Source: Bacilli bacterium (lineage in GTDB: Bacteria; Bacillota_I; Bacilli_A; RF39; UBA660). Taken from it: a DNA stretch of 64,000 nucleotides. The position numbers were made by a program, and so were the translations under genes. Shown piece by piece: positions 31,598 to 40,802 of this stretch (positions are counted from its first letter, which is position 1; each line of letters opens with the position of its first letter). The notes beneath the pieces were generated by a model. It ran no database searches. It saw only the letters and a list, made by a program, of their open reading frames with translations, and was not told the DNA's origin. The stretch covers positions 1,738-65,737 of the forward strand of contig JAGCSA010000042.1 in assembly GCA_017964405.1 (NCBI GenBank). Direction: 5' to 3'.

Positions 31598-33214
31598 CTA
31601 TTTTTCATTAAATGTATCTGGTAAATCATTTTCAAATAATGCATATACTTCTTTTTGTTTTGCTTTTTCCATGATATAAGGATAAGCATCTCTAACATCA
31701 TTAAATACAATTATTTTTTCTTTGTCAAATCCTTTTTGTAGTAGACCTTTCTTAATCGGTTTTGTTTTCTTTTCTCCAATTAAAATTGCTAAGTCTGCTA
31801 CTTCTGCAATTTGTTCTCCAAACTTTTCATTGTATTCTTCTTCTTTGGATCCTAATTCAATCATTCCAGGTGTTACGACAATTTTCATACCTGGCATCAT
31901 TTTTAAGATTTCACAAGCATTCTTTGCCCCTACTGGATTTGAATTATAAGCATCATCAATTTGATAGAAGTTTCCTACTCTCTTTAATTCTAGACGGTGT
32001 TCAATTGGTTTTACTCCTTGAACAGCATTTTGTAATTCTTCCATTTCAATTCCAAATTCTAATCCACAAGCAATGGCAGATAAAATGTTATAAACATTGT
32101 GTTTTCCTAATAATTTGGTTTCAAAAGAATATTTCTTTTTATCTCCTTTTACCACTAAATCAAAGGTTGTTCCCTTAGAAGAACACTTGATATTATCAGC
32201 TCTTATATCTGCTTCTTTATTATCAATTCCAATCCAAATAATCTTTACTTTATTCTTTAAGTGATAACTTACTTGAAGAGGATCATCTTTATTTAAAACT
32301 CCAAATCCATCAGATGGTAAAGACTCAATTAATTCAAATTTCCCTTTTTGAATATTTTCTTGACTACCAAAACTCTCTAAATGAGCTGTTCCGATTGTTG
32401 TTAAAATACCATAATGAGGATGAACTAATTTACATAATCTTGCAATTTCTCCTCTGACATAAGCTCCCATTTCTGCAATAAAGATATCAGTAAACTTATC
32501 CATATGATTATTGACTGTCATGATTAGTCCATTAAAGGTATTTAAATTCTTAGGAGTTGGTAAAGCATTATATTTTACATTTAAGATTTCTCCTAATATA
32601 TTTTTACAACTGGTCTTTCCATAACTACCGGTAATTCCAATAATCTTTAGGTTTGGCATACTTTTCATTTTCTTTTGTGCTTTTCTTTTGAAATGAAGAT
32701 AAACCATTCTCTCAACTGGAGTATTGATAATCATTGCAAGGAATATCACAAAACGGTTGCAATATAATAGAATGGATTCTACTAATAAGAAAATCCATGT
32801 TACGATTCCATTGTCCATATTCCATTCTAATAAAACCATAGGAATTAAATGGATAATCGTAATGGTTACGATAAGTCTTTTAATTCTTGCCGTTACGACT
32901 AATTTCTTTTTATTTTGATCATTTACAATTTTTTTGTGACCATAATATCCAATTAATACTAAAAATAAAGCCATTAGAATCATACATAAAGCTGATATTA
33001 AAGATAAATCATAAATGACAAAAATTCCGATTAAAGAAATTCCAATTAAAATGATATCAATCTTGATAAAATCTTGTAGATTTTTCATCACCCATTTTAA
33101 ATAACGGTTATTTTCATTGTATAGATTTTCTTGTAACATATGTAAGCTTCTTTGTGATTTATAAAAAATGGCATAGAAAAATGCGAATACTAATATGATA
33201 TAAATTGCTATCAT
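31598..33214 (-). CDS. murF: UDP-MurNAc-tripeptide--D-Ala-D-Ala ligase (MurF) fused to an N-terminal polytopic membrane domain
   Basis: 538 aa. GITGSYGKTS P-loop, DDAYNSNP, TPGMIELG. The first ~170 aa form 4-5 hydrophobic helices. Confidence 0.75.
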   Translation of the reverse strand: MIAIYIILVFAFFYAIFYKSQRSLHMLQENLYNENNRYLKWVMKNLQDFIKIDIILIGISLIGIFVIYDLSLISALCMILMALFLVLIGYYGHKKIVNDQNKKKLVVTARIKRLIVTITIIHLIPMVLLEWNMDNGIVTWIFLLVESILLYCNRFVIFLAMIINTPVERMVYLHFKRKAQKKMKSMPNLKIIGITGSYGKTSCKNILGEILNVKYNALPTPKNLNTFNGLIMTVNNHMDKFTDIFIAEMGAYVRGEIARLCKLVHPHYGILTTIGTAHLESFGSQENIQKGKFELIESLPSDGFGVLNKDDPLQVSYHLKNKVKIIWIGIDNKEADIRADNIKCSSKGTTFDLVVKGDKKKYSFETKLLGKHNVYNILSAIACGLEFGIEMEELQNAVQGVKPIEHRLELKRVGNFYQIDDAYNSNPVGAKNACEILKMMPGMKIVVTPGMIELGSKEEEYNEKFGEQIAEVADLAILIGEKKTKPIKKGLLQKGFDKEKIIVFNDVRDAYPYIMEKAKQKEVYALFENDLPDTFNEK

Positions 33215-33223
33215 GTTTGCCTC

Positions 33224-33943
33224 CTATAAGAAGCTTTTTAAAATACTTACAACTCTTGGTAAGTTTTCTAAATAAGCATAATGTGTTCCTGGTAAAATGA
33301 TTAATCCTGCATCGATCATGATTTTTTCTAATTCTTTTGCTTCTGCAACAGGTGCTTCTGTATCTTGATCTCCCCAGATCAGTAATGTTGGTTCTTCTAT
33401 TTCTCTTGCATATTTGGATAGATCTTCATTTACAACTTCTACTAATGTTTGTCTCATAACAGGAGTTGCTGCTTTATAATCTCTCGAACCAATATACTTT
33501 TTCATATATTCTCCTAAATCGTTTAATCCAGGTACTTGCTTGAGTGATTTCAAGATTCTAACGGTAACGGGTAATTCTTCTTGAATGCGAATGCAGGGAC
33601 TTCCAAATAAAACTAATTTTTCTATTGGATGTTCTGCTGAATAGCGAATTGCTAGTCTTCCTCCAAAGGAATGCCCCATCACAATTGGTTTTTTGACATT
33701 GGTTTCTTTGATGAACTCTTCTAGCATCTCATTGTACTTTTTGATAGTCCATGTTTCTTTTGGCTCTTCACTTTTGCCAAATCCAGGTAAATCTAGGATG
33801 GTAATTCGATACTCATCGGAGAAAGCATCTCCTAATGGTTTCATCATTTCAATATTTTGTCCCCAACCATGTAGGAGAAGAATATCTTTTCCTTTTCCAT
33901 ATTGGGTGTAATGAATTGTTAAATCTTTTATTTTTACTTCCAT
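33224..33943 (-). CDS. alpha/beta-fold hydrolase
   Basis: 239 aa. HGWGQN and the GHSFGG nucleophile elbow. Confidence 0.7.
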   Translation of the reverse strand: MEVKIKDLTIHYTQYGKGKDILLLHGWGQNIEMMKPLGDAFSDEYRITILDLPGFGKSEEPKETWTIKKYNEMLEEFIKETNVKKPIVMGHSFGGRLAIRYSAEHPIEKLVLFGSPCIRIQEELPVTVRILKSLKQVPGLNDLGEYMKKYIGSRDYKAATPVMRQTLVEVVNEDLSKYAREIEEPTLLIWGDQDTEAPVAEAKELEKIMIDAGLIILPGTHYAYLENLPRVVSILKSFL

Positions 33944-34155
33944 CCAATCACTCCTAATTCATTATATCATACTTCAAAAGGCATTGTCATATAAATACCC
34001 AATGCTTATTTGTTTCTTCTTTTAATTTGTTTTTGAATCCGTCAAAAAACTGTCAAAATAATCATTGATTGTAAAGTAGTTATTTTTTTTCTCTTTCCAC
34101 CTTGTTTGATTGTTATTTTATGCTATAATGATAATGTATTATAGTAGGTGATAAA

Positions 34156-35358
34156 ATGATTACAATATACAATAAGATTGAAAAATCAAGTGAGAATACC
34201 AGTGGTTTTCAAGTAGTAGATAATATTGATCTATTAGAAAGACCATTTTTATTGTGTATTTCTGCACAAAACAATGTTAGTAAAACGATTTATGGAATGA
34301 TGAGAGAAGGAGCACAAGCTGCTAGAATCTTAACAACACAAGGAATTGCTGGAAAATTCATCTTAGATGAGTTCCCTATTGATATTCTAGGAGTTCGTTT
34401 CCAAGTAGATGAAAATTATCAACAAGCTTATACAGAAATTGCTGATAAATTCTTATTCCCATTCTTAATGCAGAAAGGAAATGATTTTGCTACTGTTTGT
34501 AAGCAAGCTAGAAAAATGAATATCTTTGCCTACTGTGATGGAGCATTTACTTATAAAGGTGCAGAAGATCGACTAGAAGTATTATTAAAGAGAGAACAAT
34601 TCAATGAAGAACAAATTCATGGAATCTTATCTCAAATTAGTTTAACAGCTATGGCAAGTTTAGTAGAGACTGGTTCTCTACATGCTACTTCTGTTGCATT
34701 TATTGATGTAAATGATCAAGAAATTGAAAGTGATAAAACAGACAGTTATCGTAATTTCTTAGAATCTGAAAAAAGAAAGTTTATTTATTCTCCATTGGGA
34801 GATAGTAATGGAGTGTTATGTGTTTATCAAGGAAATGGAATTCACTCTATTAAACAATTCTTCCGTGAAAGAACGAATGTATCAGAACCTGCATTATGTT
34901 CTGTTGTATCTCTATTCTTAGAGAATTCTTTACAAAATGAAAAATCTTCTCATTTTATTGCGATTGATGTAGAACAAATCATGGATCGATTAGAGAGATT
35001 TGCAAATGAAAATATTGAACCTGAAAATTTATTATTACGTTTAGATGATGAATTAGATTATAATGGAGCTCCTCGTTATACGGATGAGGTTGCTGAAATG
35101 AAGATGGAATTAGATGCTGTTTATAAATTACTTCGTAAGACTAATGAAACCTTTATTCGTTCTTTAGAGCAAAAGAAAGGACAAGATCTTCGTTTAGAAT
35201 CTGTTATTCGTGGTATTCATGAATTTAGTAGTGATATTACTTATGAACAAATTCTTACCTATGCTCACCTATGGAATCCAAAAGAAGGAAAAGATATTCT
35301 TTCAGAACCAAGTGATAAACAAGTTCGAGCAACCATCTATTCCGGAGAAGAATCTTAA
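34156..35358 (+). CDS. hypothetical protein
   Basis: 400-aa clean ORF, TGcTATAAT promoter upstream. No family recognised. Confidence 0.4.
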   Translation: MITIYNKIEKSSENTSGFQVVDNIDLLERPFLLCISAQNNVSKTIYGMMREGAQAARILTTQGIAGKFILDEFPIDILGVRFQVDENYQQAYTEIADKFLFPFLMQKGNDFATVCKQARKMNIFAYCDGAFTYKGAEDRLEVLLKREQFNEEQIHGILSQISLTAMASLVETGSLHATSVAFIDVNDQEIESDKTDSYRNFLESEKRKFIYSPLGDSNGVLCVYQGNGIHSIKQFFRERTNVSEPALCSVVSLFLENSLQNEKSSHFIAIDVEQIMDRLERFANENIEPENLLLRLDDELDYNGAPRYTDEVAEMKMELDAVYKLLRKTNETFIRSLEQKKGQDLRLESVIRGIHEFSSDITYEQILTYAHLWNPKEGKDILSEPSDKQVRATIYSGEES

Positions 35359-35438
35359 AAATAAAAAACAAACTCATAAGTTTGTTTTTTTTATGTCTAA
35401 ATTGTGGTACAATCTATTTGTATTCTATAGGAGGATGT

Positions 35439-36215
35439 ATGAAAAAGAAAATTATTGTGATGGTAATCCTTATCATTCTTATCTTGTTAGGAGTGGGAGG
35501 ATTCCTATTATATCGATATACGGAGGTATTTGGAAAGAAACTGATTCCTTTAAAAATGAATTCGATTGTTATCCAATATGCTCCTGGCATGGAACTGGAT
35601 CAAGCAAACAAAATGAATGAAGGAGAAAAACCAGTTATCGAGATTCAAGAAATGACTCTCAAAGGAGCAGAAAAAAAAGAGGTACAGAAAGCTTTATCCA
35701 AAATACAAAAAGATAAAGGATCTAAAGAAATCTTTCAAGATCAGTATGAAGTAATTATTAATAAAAAGATCACTCTTCAAGTTGGAAATGGAGTTGGCTA
35801 TCTACAAGAAGGAAAGAAGAAAACAAAAGTTATGATTCCTGATTCTACTCTAGAAACCTTAAATGAAATAGTTGGTCAAAATAAAAAGAAAGTTCTCAAA
35901 GATATAGCATTTGAAAAAGCTCAATTAAAAATTGAGGGTGCTTCTATAACCGTTCAAAACAAAGATAATATTCAATTATTAAAAGAGGCTTTAACATATT
36001 ATCCATTAACAATCGAGTCAGATTATGCTACTTATGATGAAGGTTATAAAGCAGAAGTTATTTTAGATGGTACTACTCATATTTATTTATATTCTAATAA
36101 AATCGGATATCTCATTACCAAAGACGGAGAGACTGAGATTAAAACGTATGTGATCTTTATCAATGACTTATATGATTTCATTCAATCGATTTACAAAGTC
36201 TCTACAGAAGAATAA
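35439..36215 (+). CDS. hypothetical membrane-anchored protein
   Basis: Start at MKKKIIVMVILIIL (RBS TAGGAGGA) with a signal-anchor helix. Confidence 0.45.
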   Translation: MKKKIIVMVILIILILLGVGGFLLYRYTEVFGKKLIPLKMNSIVIQYAPGMELDQANKMNEGEKPVIEIQEMTLKGAEKKEVQKALSKIQKDKGSKEIFQDQYEVIINKKITLQVGNGVGYLQEGKKKTKVMIPDSTLETLNEIVGQNKKKVLKDIAFEKAQLKIEGASITVQNKDNIQLLKEALTYYPLTIESDYATYDEGYKAEVILDGTTHIYLYSNKIGYLITKDGETEIKTYVIFINDLYDFIQSIYKVSTEE

Positions 36216-36243
36216 AAAAAGCATCTTACGATGCTTTTTCTTT

Positions 36244-37971
36244 TTAATTATTTCCAGGATTATATACAGTTCCTGCAAACCATACTTCTCCAGATTTTTT
36301 ATCTCTTATAATGTATAGATATGGTTTATCGAATGTTACATCAATTTCCTCTACTGGAACTTCATATTCATGATCGAAACTAATGAAACAACTAGAAGAT
36401 CCTGCTCCTCCCATTGTGGTAACAGCAGCTGCTTTAATTCCATCATTTGAGAACTCAATCATTGCTTTATGATGAGCATCATCAATGTATTGTTTTCCGT
36501 TGGTAAGCATTTTAGACATGTCTGATTTATTAATATCAAAGATATCCTCTACTCCTAGTGTTTTTAAGTCTTTAATTAAGTCTAATTCATATTCATATTT
36601 GAAGAATGGAATACTTCCATGTAGTTTTGTAACAACTCCATCTTTGAAGGATTCTAATTCAATTGGTTTTAAATCACGAATGATTTCATTTAATTCATCT
36701 GAATCAACGTCTTCAATATACTCCTGTAGAGAATCTTCTTTTGGCATTACTGCTACATATTGTAATGTCATGTCATCGTATGTTTTTAAATCTTTTGCAA
36801 ATACTTTAATTTCATTATCTGTATAGAAATAGAAATCAGTAGAAGCATCTAATCTCTTATAGTTAGATCCTAATTCTTTCATATAGTTGTCCATTACTTC
36901 ATCAAAGGATTTGTCACACATTTCTCCACCGTTATCAATATAAGCTTGTAATTCTGCTCCTACTTCTTTACGGATATTTTCTTCTCCTAATTCTTTGATG
37001 ATATCATAACGGTTAGCACTGACACCAATTGTTCCGGCATCTACATCTTGTCCATTAAAGTTAACCTTTTCAAATTCTCCATAGATTTCACGAACAATAT
37101 CTTGATATTTTTCATGTTGATATTTTACATAGTATCGCTTACATGGAATGGTACGTCCTTCTTTACATTGAATTTGGTTATTCCAATTCATATCGATTGC
37201 AAGGGCATTGATTAGAACAAAGCTTTCCTCTGATACTGTATCGTCATCTAATAAATTGTTGATTAAATTGAAGGTACGATTACTGATCCAATCATTCATT
37301 GGTTTTGCATTTTCAAATGAATCTACAATAACCTCTGCTCCAAATTCATCTTCTAGTGTTTGGATATAACTGTTCTTAATGTTATCCTTGAATGTATTTC
37401 TAATAAACATAGCATTGGCAAAAGACATATGTTCATTATTGTTATATTTCTTTGCTTTATAGTCTCCGATTAAGGCTTTAATTTGTTCATGACTTCTTCC
37501 ATCTGTTCCTTCATTTAACATTGCTAAAGCATATTTAATGGATAATGGACTATAAATCTTATTGGTTTGGTTATTTTCTAATTGTAAGAAGTATAAGTCA
37601 AAATCCTCTAACCCATTTCCGCTTAAACGATATGGGGAAGATTGTACAGGTTTTTCTACTGTTTCTTTCTTTGTTTCTGGTCTTACTTTCTTAGCAGAAA
37701 ATCCACTAATGAATAGAACTACAATTCCTCCTAATAATAGGAAGGTAACTATAACACTGATAAGGATTGCAATGACAACACCTGCATTTCCTTTTTTCTT
37801 TGGTGGTGTCTCCACTACTGGTGCTTCCTCTTTTGGAGGTTCAGCAACTACTTCTTCTGCCTTTTCTTCTTTGATTTCTTCTGTTTTCTCTTCTTTTACT
37901 TCTGGTGCTTTTTCAACAGGTTCTTTTTTCTTTTTTGTCGTTTTTTTCTTTGTTTCTGTTTCTTTTTCCAT
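36244..37971 (-). CDS. serpin-family protease inhibitor with an N-terminal charged/Pro-rich region and TM anchor
   Basis: Start at MEKETETKKK (RBS AAAGGAGAG). SPLSIKYALAML start, hinge NDGIKAAAVTT, C-terminal FDKPYLYIIRDKKSGEVWFAGTVYNP. Confidence 0.8.
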   Translation of the reverse strand: MEKETETKKKTTKKKKEPVEKAPEVKEEKTEEIKEEKAEEVVAEPPKEEAPVVETPPKKKGNAGVVIAILISVIVTFLLLGGIVVLFISGFSAKKVRPETKKETVEKPVQSSPYRLSGNGLEDFDLYFLQLENNQTNKIYSPLSIKYALAMLNEGTDGRSHEQIKALIGDYKAKKYNNNEHMSFANAMFIRNTFKDNIKNSYIQTLEDEFGAEVIVDSFENAKPMNDWISNRTFNLINNLLDDDTVSEESFVLINALAIDMNWNNQIQCKEGRTIPCKRYYVKYQHEKYQDIVREIYGEFEKVNFNGQDVDAGTIGVSANRYDIIKELGEENIRKEVGAELQAYIDNGGEMCDKSFDEVMDNYMKELGSNYKRLDASTDFYFYTDNEIKVFAKDLKTYDDMTLQYVAVMPKEDSLQEYIEDVDSDELNEIIRDLKPIELESFKDGVVTKLHGSIPFFKYEYELDLIKDLKTLGVEDIFDINKSDMSKMLTNGKQYIDDAHHKAMIEFSNDGIKAAAVTTMGGAGSSSCFISFDHEYEVPVEEIDVTFDKPYLYIIRDKKSGEVWFAGTVYNPGNN

Positions 37972-38054
37972 ATGACACTCTCCTTTATTATCTACTATTC
38001 TATTATAACTCTTCTCTTCCTTTTTATCAAACAAAAAAAGATACTTTGTATCTT

Positions 38055-38765
38055 TTATTTATTAATATCATAATTTCTTTTATCTCTTAGATGTACAAAG
38101 CGAGTCTCATCTACATCATCGGAATAAGCTGCTAAAACATATTTCTTTTCTACGAATTCTGGATGCATCACACACCATTTATTTAAATAGGATTCATCAT
38201 GCCATTGTGCAAATAAATAGCGACCGGTATCGTCTTTTACCATTGCATTTACTTCTTCACACATCTGATAGAAAAGATCTCTTGGTCCAAAGAAGAAGGC
38301 AGCTTGTACGTATTCATAGGTTCCATTCTCTAAATAAGCAACAGAGTTAGGGTCTAAACTAATATGAGGCCATGGATCATATGGGATTGTTTTAGTGTTA
38401 AAAGAATGATAAGAGGTTGTCAATTTATCACTACTAAATACATCCATATCATGAGGGAATACCTGTGCGTTTCCATTGAAGTAACAGCAAAAATCACAAG
38501 TATCATCTCTATTTTCTAAAATATTCCACATTTTATAGAGAGTAACTACTGGCCAAGGATAATGATTAATTCTTGGACATAATTCCACTTTTACGTTTCC
38601 TTTTTCATAGATAGCATACTCTTCTAATCCATCCGATATTACTTTTACAACTTTCTTATAGGGTGGATAAAAGTTCTGTAGAGACTCTAAGAATTCTGGA
38701 AATAATACTTTGTATGGTCCTGTTGCAATATAATAAACTCCTATTTTAATCTCTTGATCGTTCAT
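38055..38765 (-). CDS. glycosyltransferase family 6 (ABO blood-group-type alpha-1,3-Gal/GalNAc transferase homolog), NxN variant
   Basis: 236 aa. IGVYYIATGPY, FNGNAQ in place of DxD, AQWHDESYLNKW (compare mammalian and Bacteroides WHDES.LNKY). Confidence 0.75.
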   Translation of the reverse strand: MNDQEIKIGVYYIATGPYKVLFPEFLESLQNFYPPYKKVVKVISDGLEEYAIYEKGNVKVELCPRINHYPWPVVTLYKMWNILENRDDTCDFCCYFNGNAQVFPHDMDVFSSDKLTTSYHSFNTKTIPYDPWPHISLDPNSVAYLENGTYEYVQAAFFFGPRDLFYQMCEEVNAMVKDDTGRYLFAQWHDESYLNKWCVMHPEFVEKKYVLAAYSDDVDETRFVHLRDKRNYDINK

Positions 38766-38826
38766 TTGATTCCCTCTTCCCTTATTCTATAGTTCTATTC
38801 TATCAAAAAAAATAGAAAGAGACAAT

Positions 38827-38888
38827 CCTCATTCCTCCAATAAAAAAACGAACGTGATGTTCGTTATTTTTTATTGGAGTGAATGAGG
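38827..38888. repeat. ~30-bp imperfect inverted repeat; one arm is the 3' end of tRNA-Gly
   Basis: CCTCATTCCTCCAATAAAAAAACGAAC-gtgat-GTTCGTTATTTTTTATTGGAGTGAATGAGG. The inner AACGAAC/GTTCGTT core plus T-run acts as the tRNA operon terminator. Confidence 0.7.
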
Positions 38889-38949
38889 GGAATTGAACCC
38901 CCATCACAGCCTTGGCAAGGCCGTATTCTGACCATTGAACCACATTCAC
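38875..38949 (-). tRNA. tRNA-Gly (anticodon GCC)
   Basis: Hand fold: loop TT-GCC-AA, discriminator T, CCA encoded. Confidence 0.9.
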
Positions 38950-38954
38950 ATTAT

Positions 38955-39028
38955 TGGAGGGGCCTACCGGATTTGAACCGGTGATCAGGGTGTTGCAGAC
39001 CCACGCCTTACCGCTTGGCTAAAGCCCC
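38955..39028 (-). tRNA. tRNA-Cys (anticodon GCA)
   Basis: Hand fold: loop CT-GCA-AC, discriminator T, CCA encoded. Confidence 0.9.
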
Positions 39029-39098
39029 ACTTCCTGTTTAGTATTATAACAATAATTCACTAAAATATCAACAATAATCATAAAAAAAAGAAGTATTT

Positions 39099-40292
39099 CT
39101 ACTTCCAAAAATAAACAATATTTTCATTATTATATTTTAATTCATTATATTCTAATATCTTCTTGAGACCTGTGGTATCTTGATACAAGTATAAAGTATC
39201 TTCTTTTAATACTAGAATATCTCCTTGATTCAATGTCCATCGATTCATTTCTTCTAACTCTAGCAGTTTGATTCGATTCTTATTCTCTAACTGTTTATAG
39301 ATTGTATTTTCTTCTCTAAAATAGAAAATATGATTCTCTTTTATTAATTCTTTCGATTCCGTAATTTCATTATTTTCAATCCTCTCTCCTTTAAAGTATT
39401 GATTGTTCATAAAGAAATCACTTTTTTTCCATAATTCTTTTTCCTCTTCTACATATTTAATATATAGATTCTCTTCATTTCCTACTTCTACTAAATTCTC
39501 TTTTTTCATATCTAACGTGTATTGTTTCTTTTTCTTTTTATCTGTTATATATACTTTATTTCCAATTACCCCATTGATATAAGATTCTTTGGATAGTTTA
39601 TTCTCTAATGTAATAACTTTATATTTATCTTTTTCTAGATCATAGCAATGAACTTTTTCAATTCCATTTACGGATGTATTTTCTAATAAGACAAAGTATC
39701 TGTCTGTTGTCGTAGCCATGATATTATCATATAAATCATAATCTAAAAAAGGATAATACTTCTTTTCATTTTGTTTGAAAACAATAATTCCTTTATAGTT
39801 CCATACAAGAAATACGGAGTCTTTAGGAATATTCTTCTCATAGACTGTTACTTTTTTATATTCTTTTTTTATTGTACTCTCTTCTGGAATACTCATTTTT
39901 TTCTTTTTTGCTATTTTTTGATAAGAAGGATCTGTCTTTAAGATTTCTATGGATACTTGTTCTCTTCCTTTTAGACAGTATAATTCTTTCTCCACTTCAT
40001 TTTTATAAGTTGGAAGAATACAAGTAATATCTCCCTCTTTGATTGTTTGAATCTTTTTGATGATTCTTTTTCTTTTATGAAAATTCTGCACTACAAAATA
40101 AGAATATTCTTGTTTTCCTTTTTTCAAGAATAATCTATATTCTTGTTCCCATCCTATTTTCTTCATTTCTTCTTTTATTTGATATCCATCTACTTTGTAT
40201 TCTACTTCGTGTTGTTTGATGGTTATCTTATTGATAATTGGAAGAATTAAAACGATTAGGGCAATTGCAATATAATACGGATATTTTTTCAT
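39099..40292 (-). CDS. hypothetical membrane-anchored protein
   Basis: 397 aa, N-terminal TM helix, K/E/Y-rich ectodomain. No family recognised. Confidence 0.4.
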   Translation of the reverse strand: MKKYPYYIAIALIVLILPIINKITIKQHEVEYKVDGYQIKEEMKKIGWEQEYRLFLKKGKQEYSYFVVQNFHKRKRIIKKIQTIKEGDITCILPTYKNEVEKELYCLKGREQVSIEILKTDPSYQKIAKKKKMSIPEESTIKKEYKKVTVYEKNIPKDSVFLVWNYKGIIVFKQNEKKYYPFLDYDLYDNIMATTTDRYFVLLENTSVNGIEKVHCYDLEKDKYKVITLENKLSKESYINGVIGNKVYITDKKKKKQYTLDMKKENLVEVGNEENLYIKYVEEEKELWKKSDFFMNNQYFKGERIENNEITESKELIKENHIFYFREENTIYKQLENKNRIKLLELEEMNRWTLNQGDILVLKEDTLYLYQDTTGLKKILEYNELKYNNENIVYFWK

Positions 40293-40335
40293 CGAATCAC
40301 CTTAGTATCATTATAGCAAACAAAAAGACGATTCT

Positions 40336-40788
40336 CTAGTCTTTTTCTTCCTCGTCTCTTTTTCCATATTTTTTCTTTTCTTCCATCATGTAACTAGTAA
40401 TTTGTGTTTCAATTTCTGTTAGGGCATCTTTCGCAATATTTGTCAGTGCGACAAATTCTTTGATGGTATCAATATATATCTTTCCCCAAATAAGACCACT
40501 AGATATTTTCATATCATTGTACATATCGGGTGTAATGGAATTTAAGAAATATCCCACTAATACTCTTTTTCTACCAATTAGAATTCTCTTATTGGTTAGG
40601 GCTACTACAGCACTATTGAAAATATTGAATGGATTATCATTCTTTTGAGCAATGAAAGCATAAATGACATGCTCATCTGGGTTGAGGTGTCTTTCCACAA
40701 TATCCGAATTTTCTCTGATTCTCCATCCTATGGTCATAGGATATTTTTCTTTAAATTTTAATACTTGTTTATATACTGAATTTCCCAT
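40336..40788 (-). CDS. bacterial PH-domain-like protein
   Basis: 150 aa. DEHVIYAF...ALTNKRILIGRK resembles YokE-type PH domains. Confidence 0.4.
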   Translation of the reverse strand: MGNSVYKQVLKFKEKYPMTIGWRIRENSDIVERHLNPDEHVIYAFIAQKNDNPFNIFNSAVVALTNKRILIGRKRVLVGYFLNSITPDMYNDMKISSGLIWGKIYIDTIKEFVALTNIAKDALTEIETQITSYMMEEKKKYGKRDEEEKD

Positions 40789-40802
40789 TTTATTCCTCCC
40801 TA

